From an uncultured cyanobacterium (GTDB taxonomy: Bacteria > Cyanobacteriota > Cyanobacteriia > CAKZMO01), in assembly GCA_963719515.1 (NCBI GenBank), contig CAVRCJ010000003.1, positions 544,001 through 608,000 on the forward strand: DNA of 64,000 nt, written 5' to 3'. The position numbers were made by a program, and so were the translations under genes. Position 1 is the stretch's first letter, and each line of letters starts with the position of its first letter. Shown piece after piece: positions 51,424 through 62,038 of the stretch. The notes under the pieces are model-generated. The model saw only the letters and a list, made by a program, of their open reading frames with translations, did not search any database and had not been told where the DNA came from.

Positions 51424-51728
51424 ACCACGCTTACTCGCTAATGACGGCGAACCAAATTCCATAAACCTGAGTCGAGCGCTCCAGACCCCATCGCTGAGCG
51501 ATAAAGCCGATACAAATGTTCATTTACCTTAGTATCGAGCGGAGTTCACACTCACGGTTTAATTCAGTTTCTCGTAACTTGTTGTCATAGTCAACCCTAA
51601 TGCCGCTGTCAAGTGGGGTAGTCCGCCCTTTGGCATATGGGCTTGAAGCCAGAACCCTGATGCGATCGCAGTCGGTTACCCCGTCCGCACGAGGTTAACT
51701 TTTTTGAAGCGATCGTCGAATTGCTCGG

Positions 51729-52448
51729 CTACGTGCCTAGGTCCAGCGAAGAGTCAGACCCTGGCGCACTGCTCTCGCCGCTAGCAGAAGGCCCAGCATC
51801 AGGTGGCCCAGCATCAGGTGGCTCAGCATCAAGTGGCCTAGAACCCGTTGACCCAGAGTCGACTGGCTCAGAACCAATCGCCTCAGAAGACTCCTCAACC
51901 TGGTGAGACGCTGGATCTGCAAGCTCTGCCGACAGGTCAACAAACGGGAGCGCTGCCCCGCTAAGGCCTTGAGAAATATACTCAGAGGTGTCTTCCGTCA
52001 GCACAAACAAAGGATAGGCCTGCTCGGTCCCTTCACTGAAGATGTGCTGGTAGCGCGCCGGCATGACCCAGTCGTAGCCCTGGTTGGTCCAAATCTGGGT
52101 TTGTCGCCAGCGCCTCAGCAGCGCTGCAAAGTCTTCTTGAGGCCTATGGATAAAGATAAAAATCTCTGCCCCCGTTTTGATCTGCCACTCGGGGTCACAC
52201 ATCACGACGCCAATGTCACAGGGCAGGTGAACCAAATCTCCCGCCGAAAATCGCCCTGAGCTCTGGGAGGATACCAGGACAGTTTCTCTGAGGCGAACTA
52301 GCGGTAGGGGAATTGAAATGACGCTTTTGTCGGGGCGACGCAAACTGGGAAGTAGTTCCAAGTAAGGGCGGAACTCTTGCAGCAGGGCAATCAATCTTTT
52401 GCGATCGCTATAGCCCGCCAGCAGGCGGTCGTATGGGGCAGTTACCAT
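51729..52448 (-). CDS. Cyanobacterial hypothetical protein with low-complexity tail
   Basis: RPYLELLPSLRRP...MCDPEWQIKTG.EIFIFIHRP; the tail has three 15-bp repeats (DAEPP/DAGPP/DAGPS). Confidence 0.75.
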   Translation of the reverse strand: MVTAPYDRLLAGYSDRKRLIALLQEFRPYLELLPSLRRPDKSVISIPLPLVRLRETVLVSSQSSGRFSAGDLVHLPCDIGVVMCDPEWQIKTGAEIFIFIHRPQEDFAALLRRWRQTQIWTNQGYDWVMPARYQHIFSEGTEQAYPLFVLTEDTSEYISQGLSGAALPFVDLSAELADPASHQVEESSEAIGSEPVDSGSTGSRPLDAEPPDAGPPDAGPSASGESSAPGSDSSLDLGT

Positions 52449-52927
52449 ATCGTTTGTGCCGATATCCACGCTAAATTTACTGAATAACCGACTATCAGAA
52501 TGGCAAACCGTCAGGAACTCGCCACACAAGGTCTGTAGATAGAACTATACGGTCTGAACGATCTGAGCTTGAGTCTTTTGAGCTAGCACGCCTTAACTGA
52601 TTCGCCGAGGGGTCGTTGTTGGGGGAGGAAATGCGCTTAGCGCAGGAGTCAACGTAAGTTCTGCATAACGCTGTCGAGGTCAGAGTTATGCCCTTTATAT
52701 AGAGGCCTTAATCTTTGGCACGACTTCATAAAATGTCCTTAAGAAGTAAATTACACTTCTGAAGAGTCCCCACAGAGTCTTGCCCAATCAGTGACCGACT
52801 ATTGCCCTAGTTTGGAACTAGATGGGGCGTTAGTCGGTCACTGATTTGGGAAACATAAGGCCTGTAAAGAACACCCTTAGACCTGAAAGGATTGCCCCCA
52901 CTATCTGGAGCAACTGAGACGATCACT

Positions 52928-54241
52928 ATGTCATCACAGTCTAAACCGTCTAATTATCACCAGTCAAAACCCAACGCTGCCCTTTTAGACACCGTTGATA
53001 GCGATGTTAGCCGCGCTGATATTCGCTTCGACGACAACGGCAGTTCACCAACTCGCGGAGACGCTACTCAAGAAAAGCCATCGGACCAGCCCGAAGAAGA
53101 CTTAGGTAGTCTCGAAGTAGACTACGACGACTCCGTCGATTTTGGTAAGTCGCCCAGTCGTCGAACGACTGACCTTGTGAGGATCTACCTTCAGGAGATT
53201 GGACGAGTTCGTCTGCTAGGTCGAGACGAAGAGGTTGCAGAAGCGCAAAAGGTTCAGCGCTACATGCAGCTTTTAGACCTATGCCGAGAGGCGGCTAAGA
53301 CCGATGACGCCATTCAGCGCTACGTCGACTTTGTTGAAGTTCACGATCGGCTCCACTCCAGCCTCGGGCACCGTCCCTCTTGGCAGCGCTGGGCATCTAC
53401 AGCAGGCGTTTCGGTAGAGGAACTCAAGGCTGTTCTCTCCACCGGCAAGCAGCTCTGGGCCAGTGTCGCAGAGATTTCTACTGTCGAACTTGGTGAAGCC
53501 CAAACCCAAGGACTCGCCGCAAAGGATCACATGATCAAGGCGAATCTCCGCCTCGTGGTTTCGGTGGCGAAGAAGTATCAAAACCGCGGCCTAGAGCTGC
53601 TCGACCTCATTCAAGAAGGCACGCTGGGGCTAGAGCGAGCCGTCGACAAATTCGACCCCACAAAGGGTTACCGGTTTAGCACCTACGCCTACTGGTGGAT
53701 TCGCCAGGGAATCACGCGGGCGATCGCTACCCAGAGCCGCACCATCCGCCTGCCGGTTCATATCACCGAAAAGCTCAACAAGATCAAGAAGGCCCAGCGT
53801 AAGCTAGCCCAGAAGGAAGGCCGCACCCCAACCATTGAAGATATCGCCAACGAGCTGGAGATGACGCCACCCCAGGTGCGCGAAGTTCTGCTGCGGGTGC
53901 CGCGCTCGGTTTCTTTGGAAACCAAGGTGGGTAAAGAGCGAGACACGGAGCTGGGCGATCTGCTGGAAACCGACACCGTCTCCCCAGAGGAGACCCTGAT
54001 GCGGGAATCGCTGCACCGCGACCTCCAGCAGCTGCTCACGGACCTCACCTCACGGGAGCGGGACGTGATTCGGATGCGGTTCGGCCTCGACGACGGCAAT
54101 CCCTACTCCCTGGCAGAAATCGGCCGGGCGCTGGATCTCTCGCGGGAGCGGGTGCGCCAGATAGAGGCTAAGGCGCTGCAAAAGCTGCGACAGCCCAAGC
54201 GCCGCAACCGCGTGCGGGACTACCTAGAGGCCCTGACCTAA
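52928..54241 (+). CDS. sigC: Group 2 RNA polymerase sigma factor, SigC type
   Basis: RRTTDLVRIYLQEIGRVRLLGRDEEV, ANLRLVVSVAKKY, FSTYAYWWIRQ, RERVRQIE. Confidence 0.88.
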   Translation: MSSQSKPSNYHQSKPNAALLDTVDSDVSRADIRFDDNGSSPTRGDATQEKPSDQPEEDLGSLEVDYDDSVDFGKSPSRRTTDLVRIYLQEIGRVRLLGRDEEVAEAQKVQRYMQLLDLCREAAKTDDAIQRYVDFVEVHDRLHSSLGHRPSWQRWASTAGVSVEELKAVLSTGKQLWASVAEISTVELGEAQTQGLAAKDHMIKANLRLVVSVAKKYQNRGLELLDLIQEGTLGLERAVDKFDPTKGYRFSTYAYWWIRQGITRAIATQSRTIRLPVHITEKLNKIKKAQRKLAQKEGRTPTIEDIANELEMTPPQVREVLLRVPRSVSLETKVGKERDTELGDLLETDTVSPEETLMRESLHRDLQQLLTDLTSRERDVIRMRFGLDDGNPYSLAEIGRALDLSRERVRQIEAKALQKLRQPKRRNRVRDYLEALT

Positions 54242-54279
54242 CGGCAGTGGGGATAAGTGCAAACGTGATTTGACTAACG

Positions 54280-54307
54280 AAGGGGTTGAGCCTAGCTCAG
54301 CCCCTTT
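54280..54307 (+). terminator. Terminator after sigC
   Basis: AAGGGGTTGAGC-CTA-GCTCAGCCCCTTT. Confidence 0.65.
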
Positions 54308-54578
54308 CTAGCCTTTAAAGCTTTCTCCAAGCGACCGCACACTGTCTCCTGTCTCAGTCTTCCTGTCTCGAGCCATCGCGGGGACTTCTGAAATCTGAAT
54401 TTCTGAAATCTAGGGGCGACCACAAGATTTCGCTTTATTGCAGACTATTACGGGATGTACAACTCTTAACTTAATATAGGTCGCTAGGCCAATTTCCCTT
54501 GATAGACTGAATGGCGTAAGCGCTGTAGCCCGGACCCGTACGGCCACGGCAGCAGTCCCGTTTTAATACGACATACCG

Positions 54579-55655
54579 ATGGTAGATTCCCTAAAGAAAC
54601 CCGAATTTCAAGAGCTGCGGCCTGGGGTCAAAGTCCCGGCTAAAGAAACTATTCTGACGCCGCGCTTCTATACCACCGATTTTGACGCCATGGCCGAGAT
54701 GGATATCTCGGTTAACGAGGATGAGCTGCAGGCCATCCTAGAAGAGTTTCGCGTCGACTACAACCGCCATCACTTCGTGCGGGACGGCGAGTTCGAGCAG
54801 TCTTGGGACCACATCGACGGTGAGACCCGTCAGCTGTTTGTCGAGTTCCTAGAGCGCTCCTGCACCGCTGAGTTTTCCGGCTTCCTACTTTACAAAGAGC
54901 TATCCCGCCGCCTCAAGGGCAAAAGCCCCGTACTGGCAGAGTGCTTCCAGCTGATGTCCAGGGACGAGGCCCGTCACGCTGGCTTCCTCAACAAGGCCTT
55001 GTCGGACTTCAACCTGTCCCTTGACCTCGGCTTCCTGACCAAAAGCCGTAAGTACACCTTCTTCGCGCCCAAGTTCATTTTCTACGCCACCTACCTCTCG
55101 GAGAAAATTGGCTACTGGCGCTACATCACCATCTTCCGCCACCTCGATGCCAACCCCGAAGACCGCATCTACCCGATTTTCCGGTTCTTCAAGGAGTGGT
55201 GTCAGGACGAAAACCGCCACGGTGACTTTTTCGACGCCATCATGCGAGCCCAGCCCTTCATTCTGACGGGGTGGAAGGCTAGACTCTGGTCGCGGTTCTT
55301 CTTGCTGTCGGTGTTCGCCACGATGTATCTCAACGACATCCAGCGCTCTGGGTTCTACCGGGCCTTGGGGCTAGACGCTCGCGAGTACGACATCCACGTC
55401 ATCCGCAAGACTAACGAGACGGCGGGCCGGGTGTTCCCAATCGTCCTTGATGTTGAGAACCCTGAGTTTTATGAGCGCCTTGACGTTTGCGTCGAGAACA
55501 ACCGTAAGCTGACGGCGATCGTCCAATCATCGGCGGCGGCCCCCGTTAAGCTGCTGAAGAAGGTTCCCTATTACCTCTCTAACGCGAAGCATCTGCTGAG
55601 GCTCTACTTTATGAAGCCTATTGATACAGAAGCGCTGGCTGGAACTGTACGCTAG
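54579..55655 (+). CDS. acsF: Mg-protoporphyrin IX monomethyl ester oxidative cyclase
   Basis: [44 protein letters not shown] diiron motifs. Confidence 0.97.
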   Translation: MVDSLKKPEFQELRPGVKVPAKETILTPRFYTTDFDAMAEMDISVNEDELQAILEEFRVDYNRHHFVRDGEFEQSWDHIDGETRQLFVEFLERSCTAEFSGFLLYKELSRRLKGKSPVLAECFQLMSRDEARHAGFLNKALSDFNLSLDLGFLTKSRKYTFFAPKFIFYATYLSEKIGYWRYITIFRHLDANPEDRIYPIFRFFKEWCQDENRHGDFFDAIMRAQPFILTGWKARLWSRFFLLSVFATMYLNDIQRSGFYRALGLDAREYDIHVIRKTNETAGRVFPIVLDVENPEFYERLDVCVENNRKLTAIVQSSAAAPVKLLKKVPYYLSNAKHLLRLYFMKPIDTEALAGTVR

Positions 55656-55738
55656 GTCCAGAATTTATAGCGAACTGAAGAGCGGTTCTGGCTTTGTCAG
55701 AGCCGCTTTTTGGTGTCACCACCATAGGTCTACAGAAG

Positions 55739-56482
55739 ATGAATAACCAACTGTTCTGCCGTCGACCGTGGCGTACAGGTCGAGGTTTTGCTGCATTGGC
55801 GATCTGCCAGATGGTTGCCCTGATCTGGAGTACAGTCGTCTCGGCGCAGCCCGCTGGCGGACAGGACGGGAACGCTACGTCACGGGGAGAGACCCTGGAC
55901 CTTGACGAGTCGATTGTCGAGTCGAGTCCTGCGCTGCAGCGGTGGCTAGAAGAAACTCCCGATCTGCGTGAGGACATCCGCCGCGATCCGGCCTTCCGCA
56001 CCCGGCTGCGGCTAGGGTACCTGGGGGTGGACGGTGGGGATGGTGATAGCGACGGCATTCTAGTTGGCGTAGAGGACATTATGCTGACCCGCAGCGGCCT
56101 CACCCTAAGCGCTGACTATCGGGGCACTTTGAGCGGCGATCGCTATAGCACCGGGGGAGAGCTGCGCTATTATTTGCTTCCCTTGGGCAGGCGAGTGAAT
56201 CTAGCTCCTGTGTTGGGCTATCGAGGTATTCGCGCTCGCGAGGCATTGGATGGGGTTGCAGTAGGGGCGCGGCTGCTGCTGATTCCCTCCCGCACGGGGG
56301 CCGCCGACCTCTCTTTGGCGCAGACGCTGGTCAACCCCGGAGGCCGCGAAGAGGCGAGCCTGTTTACGGTGTCTGCCGGGTATGCCCTGACTCAGCAGCT
56401 CCGCGTGGCGGGAGACATTCGGGTTGAGACCGTCAGCGAGAGCGACACCCAAATGGCGGTGGTTCTGGAGTGGCTTCTGTAA
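55739..56482 (+). CDS. Hypothetical exported / outer-membrane beta-strand protein
   Basis: Signal-like N-terminus, SPALQRWL...DPAFRTRLRLGY, alternating beta pattern ending LEWLL. Confidence 0.7.
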   Translation: MNNQLFCRRPWRTGRGFAALAICQMVALIWSTVVSAQPAGGQDGNATSRGETLDLDESIVESSPALQRWLEETPDLREDIRRDPAFRTRLRLGYLGVDGGDGDSDGILVGVEDIMLTRSGLTLSADYRGTLSGDRYSTGGELRYYLLPLGRRVNLAPVLGYRGIRAREALDGVAVGARLLLIPSRTGAADLSLAQTLVNPGGREEASLFTVSAGYALTQQLRVAGDIRVETVSESDTQMAVVLEWLL

Positions 56483-56604
56483 GCCGAAGGACTCATCGCA
56501 TTGCCGCAGGACAGTGCGCGAAGTGCGCTATCACAAAGCCCACCGGAGTAGGGTGTTGTGATAGAGTCTTGCCCATACGGTTTAGGTAGGTCATTGAGGT
56601 CATA

Positions 56605-57759
56605 ATGGGGCGCTTTTATCAACGTAATCGCACAATGGCCACCGCGCTGCTGCTAGTGCTGTTGATGGCTCCTGTGGCGGCGTCTTGCCGCGATCGCAGC
56701 CCCGATAACAGCGAGATTCCCAGCAATAGCGCTGACGAGGACCCTGAGCAGAATTTAACGTTCCGAAATATTACTCTAGAGCAGGCCGATGATGCCGGCA
56801 CGATTCAGTGGCGGGTAATTGCTGACCAGGCGATTTACAGCCAGGATCGCCAAGATGCTGAGATCGAGAATCCCATTGGGGAATTTTTCAGTGGCGGCAA
56901 GCCCGTGTACGATGTCTCGGCCAACGAGGGCAACGTGCTGCAAAACGGCGAACAGCTTGTGCTGCGCGACCAGGTGGTGATCACAGATATTGAAAGCGGC
57001 GCGGTGCTCAAGGGAGATGAGCTCACCTGGAACCCGGAGAAAAATACAATCATCATTACGGGCAAGGTTACGGGAACCCACCCTGATTTTGTACTGTCTG
57101 CCGGCAGCGCCGAAGCTTATGTCGACGAACAGCGTATTGTGCTGGAAGAGAGCGTCAAGATTGTCAGCACGGACGGGACCGTGCAGCTCAATGGCGATCG
57201 CCTCCTGTGGCGGATTGAGGATGAGCTGCTGATCGCGGACCGCCCGCTGCAGATCCAGCAGCGTCAAGGTAACCAGGTTACCCATAGAGCCAGCGCCAAC
57301 CGCGCCACGTTCAACATTGGGAATGAGGTCGCAGTGCTACAGCAAAATGCGGTAGTTACTCTGCAAGAGCCGCCGATTCGGCTGACGGGAGACGCGCTGC
57401 AGTGGAATATGGGCGGGCAGACCATTGCGGCAAGCCAACCCTTCACCGTGGTTCATCAGGCCGAGCAAACGACGCTTAAGGCAGACCGAGGACAGGGCAA
57501 CATAGAGTCTCAAGTCTTCAAGATGCAGGGGAATGTGTCGGTACTGGCGCAGAGTACGGGAGGGCAGTTGACCTCCAACCGCTTGACCTGGACGATTCCC
57601 ACTCAAAACTTATTGGCAGAGGAAAACGTAAAGTATCGTCAGCCCGACCCTCCGCTTGATCTCAAAGGCGACCGAGCGGTTGGGCGTATGGAAAACCAGA
57701 CCTTGGTGGTGACAGGAAATCAGGTGGTGACGGAAATCTTGCCCAACGTCGTCAACTAA
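56605..57759 (+). CDS. lptC: LPS export periplasmic protein LptC (tandem domains)
   Basis: Lipoprotein-like signal (VAASC), LEQAD.AG.IQWRV, repeated beta-jellyroll segments (GDELTWNP, GDRLLWR, GDALQWN, SNRLTW). Confidence 0.78.
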   Translation: MGRFYQRNRTMATALLLVLLMAPVAASCRDRSPDNSEIPSNSADEDPEQNLTFRNITLEQADDAGTIQWRVIADQAIYSQDRQDAEIENPIGEFFSGGKPVYDVSANEGNVLQNGEQLVLRDQVVITDIESGAVLKGDELTWNPEKNTIIITGKVTGTHPDFVLSAGSAEAYVDEQRIVLEESVKIVSTDGTVQLNGDRLLWRIEDELLIADRPLQIQQRQGNQVTHRASANRATFNIGNEVAVLQQNAVVTLQEPPIRLTGDALQWNMGGQTIAASQPFTVVHQAEQTTLKADRGQGNIESQVFKMQGNVSVLAQSTGGQLTSNRLTWTIPTQNLLAEENVKYRQPDPPLDLKGDRAVGRMENQTLVVTGNQVVTEILPNVVN

Positions 57760-57828
57760 TCTCACCTTTGAAAGTAGGCATGTCCGAATTCGGCGTATAG
57801 ACCTGCAGCAAAGGGGCATGAACTACGT

Positions 57829-59073
57829 CTAGCCGCAAGGGTGAGCTAGACGTTTCGCACGTTTCAACGCACCGACTTGCTTCATGCTTCCGCAATCAGT
57901 AGAGGTTGATACTCGACGGCTTGAGGACAGTTCCTGCCCCTTGGCCCAGATCAAGTTGACCTGGGCAGCATTGGTATCGCGGTCCTCAACATGGCCGCAG
58001 TGCTGGCATACGTGAGTGCGCTCAGCCATTGTCTTGGGCGTCGTCTCCCAGCACACAGCACATCGCTGAGTAGGCTTAAGCTGCCGGGTAGGGGACTCGA
58101 CATAGAAGCCACCGGCCTCAGCCGACTTGTAGGATAGCAGCTTGCCAATCTCGGCAAACCCTACCGACAAGATAGAGCGATTGAGACCGGCCTTTTGCTT
58201 TTTCCGCTTACCCTTCTGGGCCTTGCGAGTCATGCCCTTGACGTTGAGTTGTTCGCCAGCAACTAGGCTGTTATCGCGTACTATGCTGCTGGTTACCTGG
58301 TGAAGCCAATCCTCGCGCTGGCGCTTCACTGTTCGCTTGCGACTAGAAATCTTTTGTTGCGCTGCTTTCCATCTGCGAGAGCCACGCACCCCACCACGCC
58401 GGTCAGGGCGGCGCTTCCTTTGCAGGGACTTGCTCAGTCGCTTAACGGCCCGGTCGCCCTCGGCGATAAATTGAGGCTTGCGCTCTTTGGTGCGGTCCGA
58501 GAACGATATGGCATCTTTGCAGCCCAGGTCCACACCGATAGCGCCTGTCCCTGTCTCCCGCACCGGGCTGCATTTGACCGTGATGCTGGTATACCACCTG
58601 CCATTCCGACAGAAGATAGTGCAAGTGGTAGGGGTGCCCCATGTGCGGGCGTTGCCGCGCATCTTGATAACGCCTAGGTTAGACAGTTTCAAGCTACCAT
58701 GCTTGCCCTCGGTGAGCGCTTTCCAGCCCGCCTTACACGGATATGTCCAGCCAGCATAAAAGCGGTTTCCCTTAAACTTTGGATATCCTCCAAGTCCCTT
58801 GAAAAACCGCTCAAATGCGAAGTCAACCCGCTTTAACGTCGCTTGCAGCGCATGACTGCCAAGCTCAGCAAATTCAGGCCATTCTGCCTTGAACGCTGGC
58901 AAACAATTCTGCTGAGCATAATAGTCAACACTGATGCCCCAGCGTTTATACATGTCGCGCCTGTCAGCTAACGCTGCATTGTATAGATAGCAATGCAAAC
59001 GTTTCCACTCAAACAGCTTACTACCCTGCTGTTTGGTCGGATATAGCCGGTAGGTGATACGTCGCGTTAGCAT
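57829..59073 (-). CDS. tnpB: TnpB RNA-guided endonuclease
   Basis: MLTRRITYRLYP, RuvC GVDLG / AGEQL / DRDTNAA, CAVC...CQHC. Confidence 0.95.
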   Translation of the reverse strand: MLTRRITYRLYPTKQQGSKLFEWKRLHCYLYNAALADRRDMYKRWGISVDYYAQQNCLPAFKAEWPEFAELGSHALQATLKRVDFAFERFFKGLGGYPKFKGNRFYAGWTYPCKAGWKALTEGKHGSLKLSNLGVIKMRGNARTWGTPTTCTIFCRNGRWYTSITVKCSPVRETGTGAIGVDLGCKDAISFSDRTKERKPQFIAEGDRAVKRLSKSLQRKRRPDRRGGVRGSRRWKAAQQKISSRKRTVKRQREDWLHQVTSSIVRDNSLVAGEQLNVKGMTRKAQKGKRKKQKAGLNRSILSVGFAEIGKLLSYKSAEAGGFYVESPTRQLKPTQRCAVCWETTPKTMAERTHVCQHCGHVEDRDTNAAQVNLIWAKGQELSSSRRVSTSTDCGSMKQVGALKRAKRLAHPCG

Positions 59074-59101
59074 GCAATTATTGTAGCACGGTTGTAGCAG
59101 T

Positions 59102-59242
59102 ATGCCGCTAGACAAGATGTTGAGAGTACGAATGACCAATGAAGAATTTGAAAAGTTGAAAGCTTACGCAGATAACAAGGGCTGGAGTATCGCTTTAGTA
59201 ATTCGCGAGTACGTGAGGCGACTGCCTAAGATTGCTCCCTAG
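59102..59242 (+). CDS. 46-aa ribbon-helix-helix (CopG-like) protein inside the IS (not in ORF track)
   Basis: MPLDKMLRVRMTNEEFEKLKAYADNKGWSIALVIREYVRRLPKIAP*: beta strand, helix, G-x-S turn, helix. Confidence 0.8.
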   Translation: MPLDKMLRVRMTNEEFEKLKAYADNKGWSIALVIREYVRRLPKIAP

Positions 59243-59358
59243 CGGTCGCCGCTATCCTTCCCTAATCCGCTACGCTGAGATTAGGGACTGCCGCGTCACT
59301 GTTCAACAAAAATAGGGCGCGCCGAGACGCACCCTACGAAATCTGAACTTGCTTCTGT

Positions 59359-59730
59359 CTAGCGGTCCGGCGTGCCCTGGTTAGGGGAACCTTCAGGAGT
59401 GCTGTCTGCGCCAGGAGCCTCGGCGTCTGCCGACTTCGTGTCTTGGTTGCTCGATTGCCCAGTACGGCGAGTTGCCGGCTCTAAAGTTGTCTGCTGACCC
59501 CCTGATGCGGTTGGCGTTGACTTCTTCGCCTTACCTTTGGGAGCGCCAATCTCAATAACTTCGTCTTCGCCGAAGTTATTGGTGTTGATGCCAGCGTAAT
59601 TGACCTTGTTGAATCGAACAATAACCGGGTATCGAATACCGCTTTGATCGACCGATGCTACCGTGCCGACGTCCTTGTACCAGTAGGATTCTGGACGAAG
59701 AATTCTAACTTTAGAGCCGCGCTGAACCAT
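59359..59730 (-). CDS. psaE: Photosystem I subunit IV with C-terminal extension
   Basis: [18 protein letters not shown]...[21 protein letters not shown]. Confidence 0.96.
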   Translation of the reverse strand: MVQRGSKVRILRPESYWYKDVGTVASVDQSGIRYPVIVRFNKVNYAGINTNNFGEDEVIEIGAPKGKAKKSTPTASGGQQTTLEPATRRTGQSSNQDTKSADAEAPGADSTPEGSPNQGTPDR

Positions 59731-60034
59731 ATCTAATTTCCTTCCACTCTCAAATCACATATAGGCTCACCTAGTTAAGCAGGCGGCCTGGTTAAACTTA
59801 CTCTGGACTTACTCTGGACTTACATTTGACCGTATCGCTTGGAAACAAGCTAAACCTATTCTACTGGCTGGATGTTTCGGCTTAAAAAAACGATACAGTC
59901 GCGCAACGGATATATACATTTTTTGAATCATGGCTGTAGCTATGACGATTGGAGTCCCTCGCAGCCCTTTTGCCTCTGGACCTAACCCTGCAAAACCGGA
60001 CGCTTCAAAGCTTGCTAGACTAGCTAAACGAGAT

Positions 60035-60293
60035 GGTTCTAGCGGGGATCAGCCGCTAGAGGCGCTGTACAGCCTGTTTCCCTCGGTTGAGTCCCAGTCA
60101 AGCTGTGGATCACAACCAGCAGAGATTGAGCGATCGCGTCAGGGAAAGCACGGTGATTCGCGTACTGGCCTTGGGGTCAGCTGCGTTTGCGTACATCGTC
60201 ACTTGGATGATGCTAAAGAGCGTGAATTTGCGAAGAGTCCGTCACTGTCCCGCAGCTGTAATCTGGGTAACCCCAGTGAGTCAGAACGCCTGC
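60035..60293 (+). ncRNA. Cobalamin riboswitch with two large insertions
   Basis: GGTTCTAGCGG...CCGCTAGAGG; GGGAAAGCACGGTGA; AGTCCGTCACTGTCCCGCAGCTGTAA; GAGTCAGAACGCCTGC; located upstream of cobW. Confidence 0.85.
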
Positions 60294-60368
60294 TGTCTGT
60301 TGTTAACGGTTCTAAAGATCCAAACTCTATCTGCGAGGTACAGATGATGAACTTGATTGGGAAAGGTA

Positions 60369-61466
60369 ATGGGTAAACTACCGGTTACCGTAATTACAGG
60401 CTTTTTGGGGGCTGGGAAAACTACCCTCATTCGGCACCTGCTCACCCACAGCGGCGGACGCAGAATTGCCGTGTTGGTGAACGAATTTGGTGAGATTGGC
60501 ATTGATGGGGACGTGCTGCGCTCTTGTCAGGTGTGTGATGAAGAGCCTGCCTCTGCCGGAACAGATGCCAGCGCTTCGGCGGCAGCGCCGAACATTGTTG
60601 AGCTGACGAATGGCTGCCTGTGCTGCACCGTCCAAGAGGAATTTCTGCCCACTATGCAGGCGCTGCTGCGCCGCCGCGAGCAAATTGACTGCGTCGTTAT
60701 TGAAACGTCAGGCTTGGCCCTGCCCCAGCCGCTAGTGCGGGCGTTTCGCTGGCCGGAGATCCGCACCCAGGCCACGGTGGATAGCGTGGTGACGGTGGTG
60801 GATTCAGAGGCGATCGCTTTGGGGCATGTCGCTAGCGATGCCGTAGCGCTGGAGCGCCAGCGCCAGGATGATCCCAACCTAGACCACGAGACGCCGATTG
60901 ACGAGCTGTTTGCCGATCAGCTAGCCTGCGCTGATTTGGTACTGCTGACGAAGCTGGACCAGCTCAGCGTAGCCGATCAGGCAAGGGTGCAGCAGCAGAT
61001 CTCACAGCGCCTTCCCGCAGGGGTCAGCGCCGTCGCCTGCGACCAGGGCCGCATCAGCACCGATCTGCTGCTGGGCATCGACGCCGAAGTCGAGGCTCAC
61101 CTGGACGCGCGGTCAGATCATGATCACGACCCCGCTGATCACGACCATGACCATGGCCACGACCACGACGACCGCATCAACGCCGTGCACATTACCCTAG
61201 ACACCCCGATGGCACCAGAGCAGCTGATGTCGCGTCTGAAGGCGTTGAGCGAGACCCATACCCTCTACCGGGTGAAAGGGTTTGTCGACGTGCCGCAGAA
61301 GCCTATGCGCATGGTGCTGCAAGGCGTTGGGCAGCGATTCGACTCCTTTTATGACCGCCTCTGGAAAGCAGACGAGCAGCGGCAAACCCAGCTTGTATTC
61401 ATTGGAGACCGGCTCGACCCCGAGTCGATTCGGCGATCGCTACTGCAGCAGGTCAATCTGGTTTAG
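60369..61466 (+). CDS. cobW: Cobalamin biosynthesis GTPase CobW (COG0523)
   Basis: GFLGAGKTT, NEFGE, GCLCCTV, ETSGLA.P, His-rich loop, YRVKG. Confidence 0.93.
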   Translation: MGKLPVTVITGFLGAGKTTLIRHLLTHSGGRRIAVLVNEFGEIGIDGDVLRSCQVCDEEPASAGTDASASAAAPNIVELTNGCLCCTVQEEFLPTMQALLRRREQIDCVVIETSGLALPQPLVRAFRWPEIRTQATVDSVVTVVDSEAIALGHVASDAVALERQRQDDPNLDHETPIDELFADQLACADLVLLTKLDQLSVADQARVQQQISQRLPAGVSAVACDQGRISTDLLLGIDAEVEAHLDARSDHDHDPADHDHDHGHDHDDRINAVHITLDTPMAPEQLMSRLKALSETHTLYRVKGFVDVPQKPMRMVLQGVGQRFDSFYDRLWKADEQRQTQLVFIGDRLDPESIRRSLLQQVNLV

Positions 61467-61531
61467 CCGAGTTCGCGTTATTTAAGTCAAGCCTTTAATC
61501 GAGTTATTGAGTCCGCGTTGAGTTAAAGTTT

Positions 61532-61963
61532 ATGGCTATGTCACAGATCACGATCCGCCCTGCTGCACCTGCCACTGATGGCCTTATTTCCCATGCAGCA
61601 GCCCTCTTGAATTTAGACGACGCGCTTTCTAAGCGCGATATCGCCCTCGACCCAGTGGGCTACTTCATCATCACCCTCGACCGCGATCGCCAGCTCATTT
61701 GCGCGGCGCACTACACGAACATCATCAGCGAGGCCGGGGTAGCCCTTGATCCAGAGACTGGTCAGCCCCTGCCCTGCAACAAACCGCTCAAGCGAGAGCC
61801 TACGCAGGTTTACCAGGGCAGAAGCGCCAAGGAGCTGGGCATTCTGATTACCGAAGTGCCCAACCCGCCGTTGACCAAACTCGACCATGCGCTTTACCTA
61901 GGGCGAGAGTTTGTCCGGGCTGAGCAAGCGCTAGTGACTGGTCAGGACTACGTCCAGGACTAG
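61532..61963 (+). CDS. DUF4346-type protein
   Basis: LDPVGYFII, GRSAKEL, LDHALYLGREF.RAE, YVQD. Confidence 0.82.
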   Translation: MAMSQITIRPAAPATDGLISHAAALLNLDDALSKRDIALDPVGYFIITLDRDRQLICAAHYTNIISEAGVALDPETGQPLPCNKPLKREPTQVYQGRSAKELGILITEVPNPPLTKLDHALYLGREFVRAEQALVTGQDYVQD

Positions 61964-62038
61964 GTTTCGACGCTAGCAAACCTTTACGTTTAGAATGGTG
62001 TTGCCGGATTTCGGGCGTGACCAATCGGATAGAGCAGC

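Larger units (their letters stand above)
57818..59301 (-). mobile_element. IS200/IS605-family element with tnpB and a divergent RHH gene, no tnpA, 1484 bp
   Basis: Left-end hairpin 59259-59287 nearly identical to 34536-34564; right-end hairpin 57826-57852 then GTAGTTCAT. Confidence 0.92.

Noticed and set aside
59796..59824. TTACTCTGGAC tandem repeat upstream of psaE as an RpaB/HLR1 site
   Set aside because: 11-bp period and poor match to the HLR1 octamer pair
59930..60376. 148-aa and 86-aa ORFs upstream of cobW
   Set aside because: They overlap the cobalamin riboswitch and have no protein features
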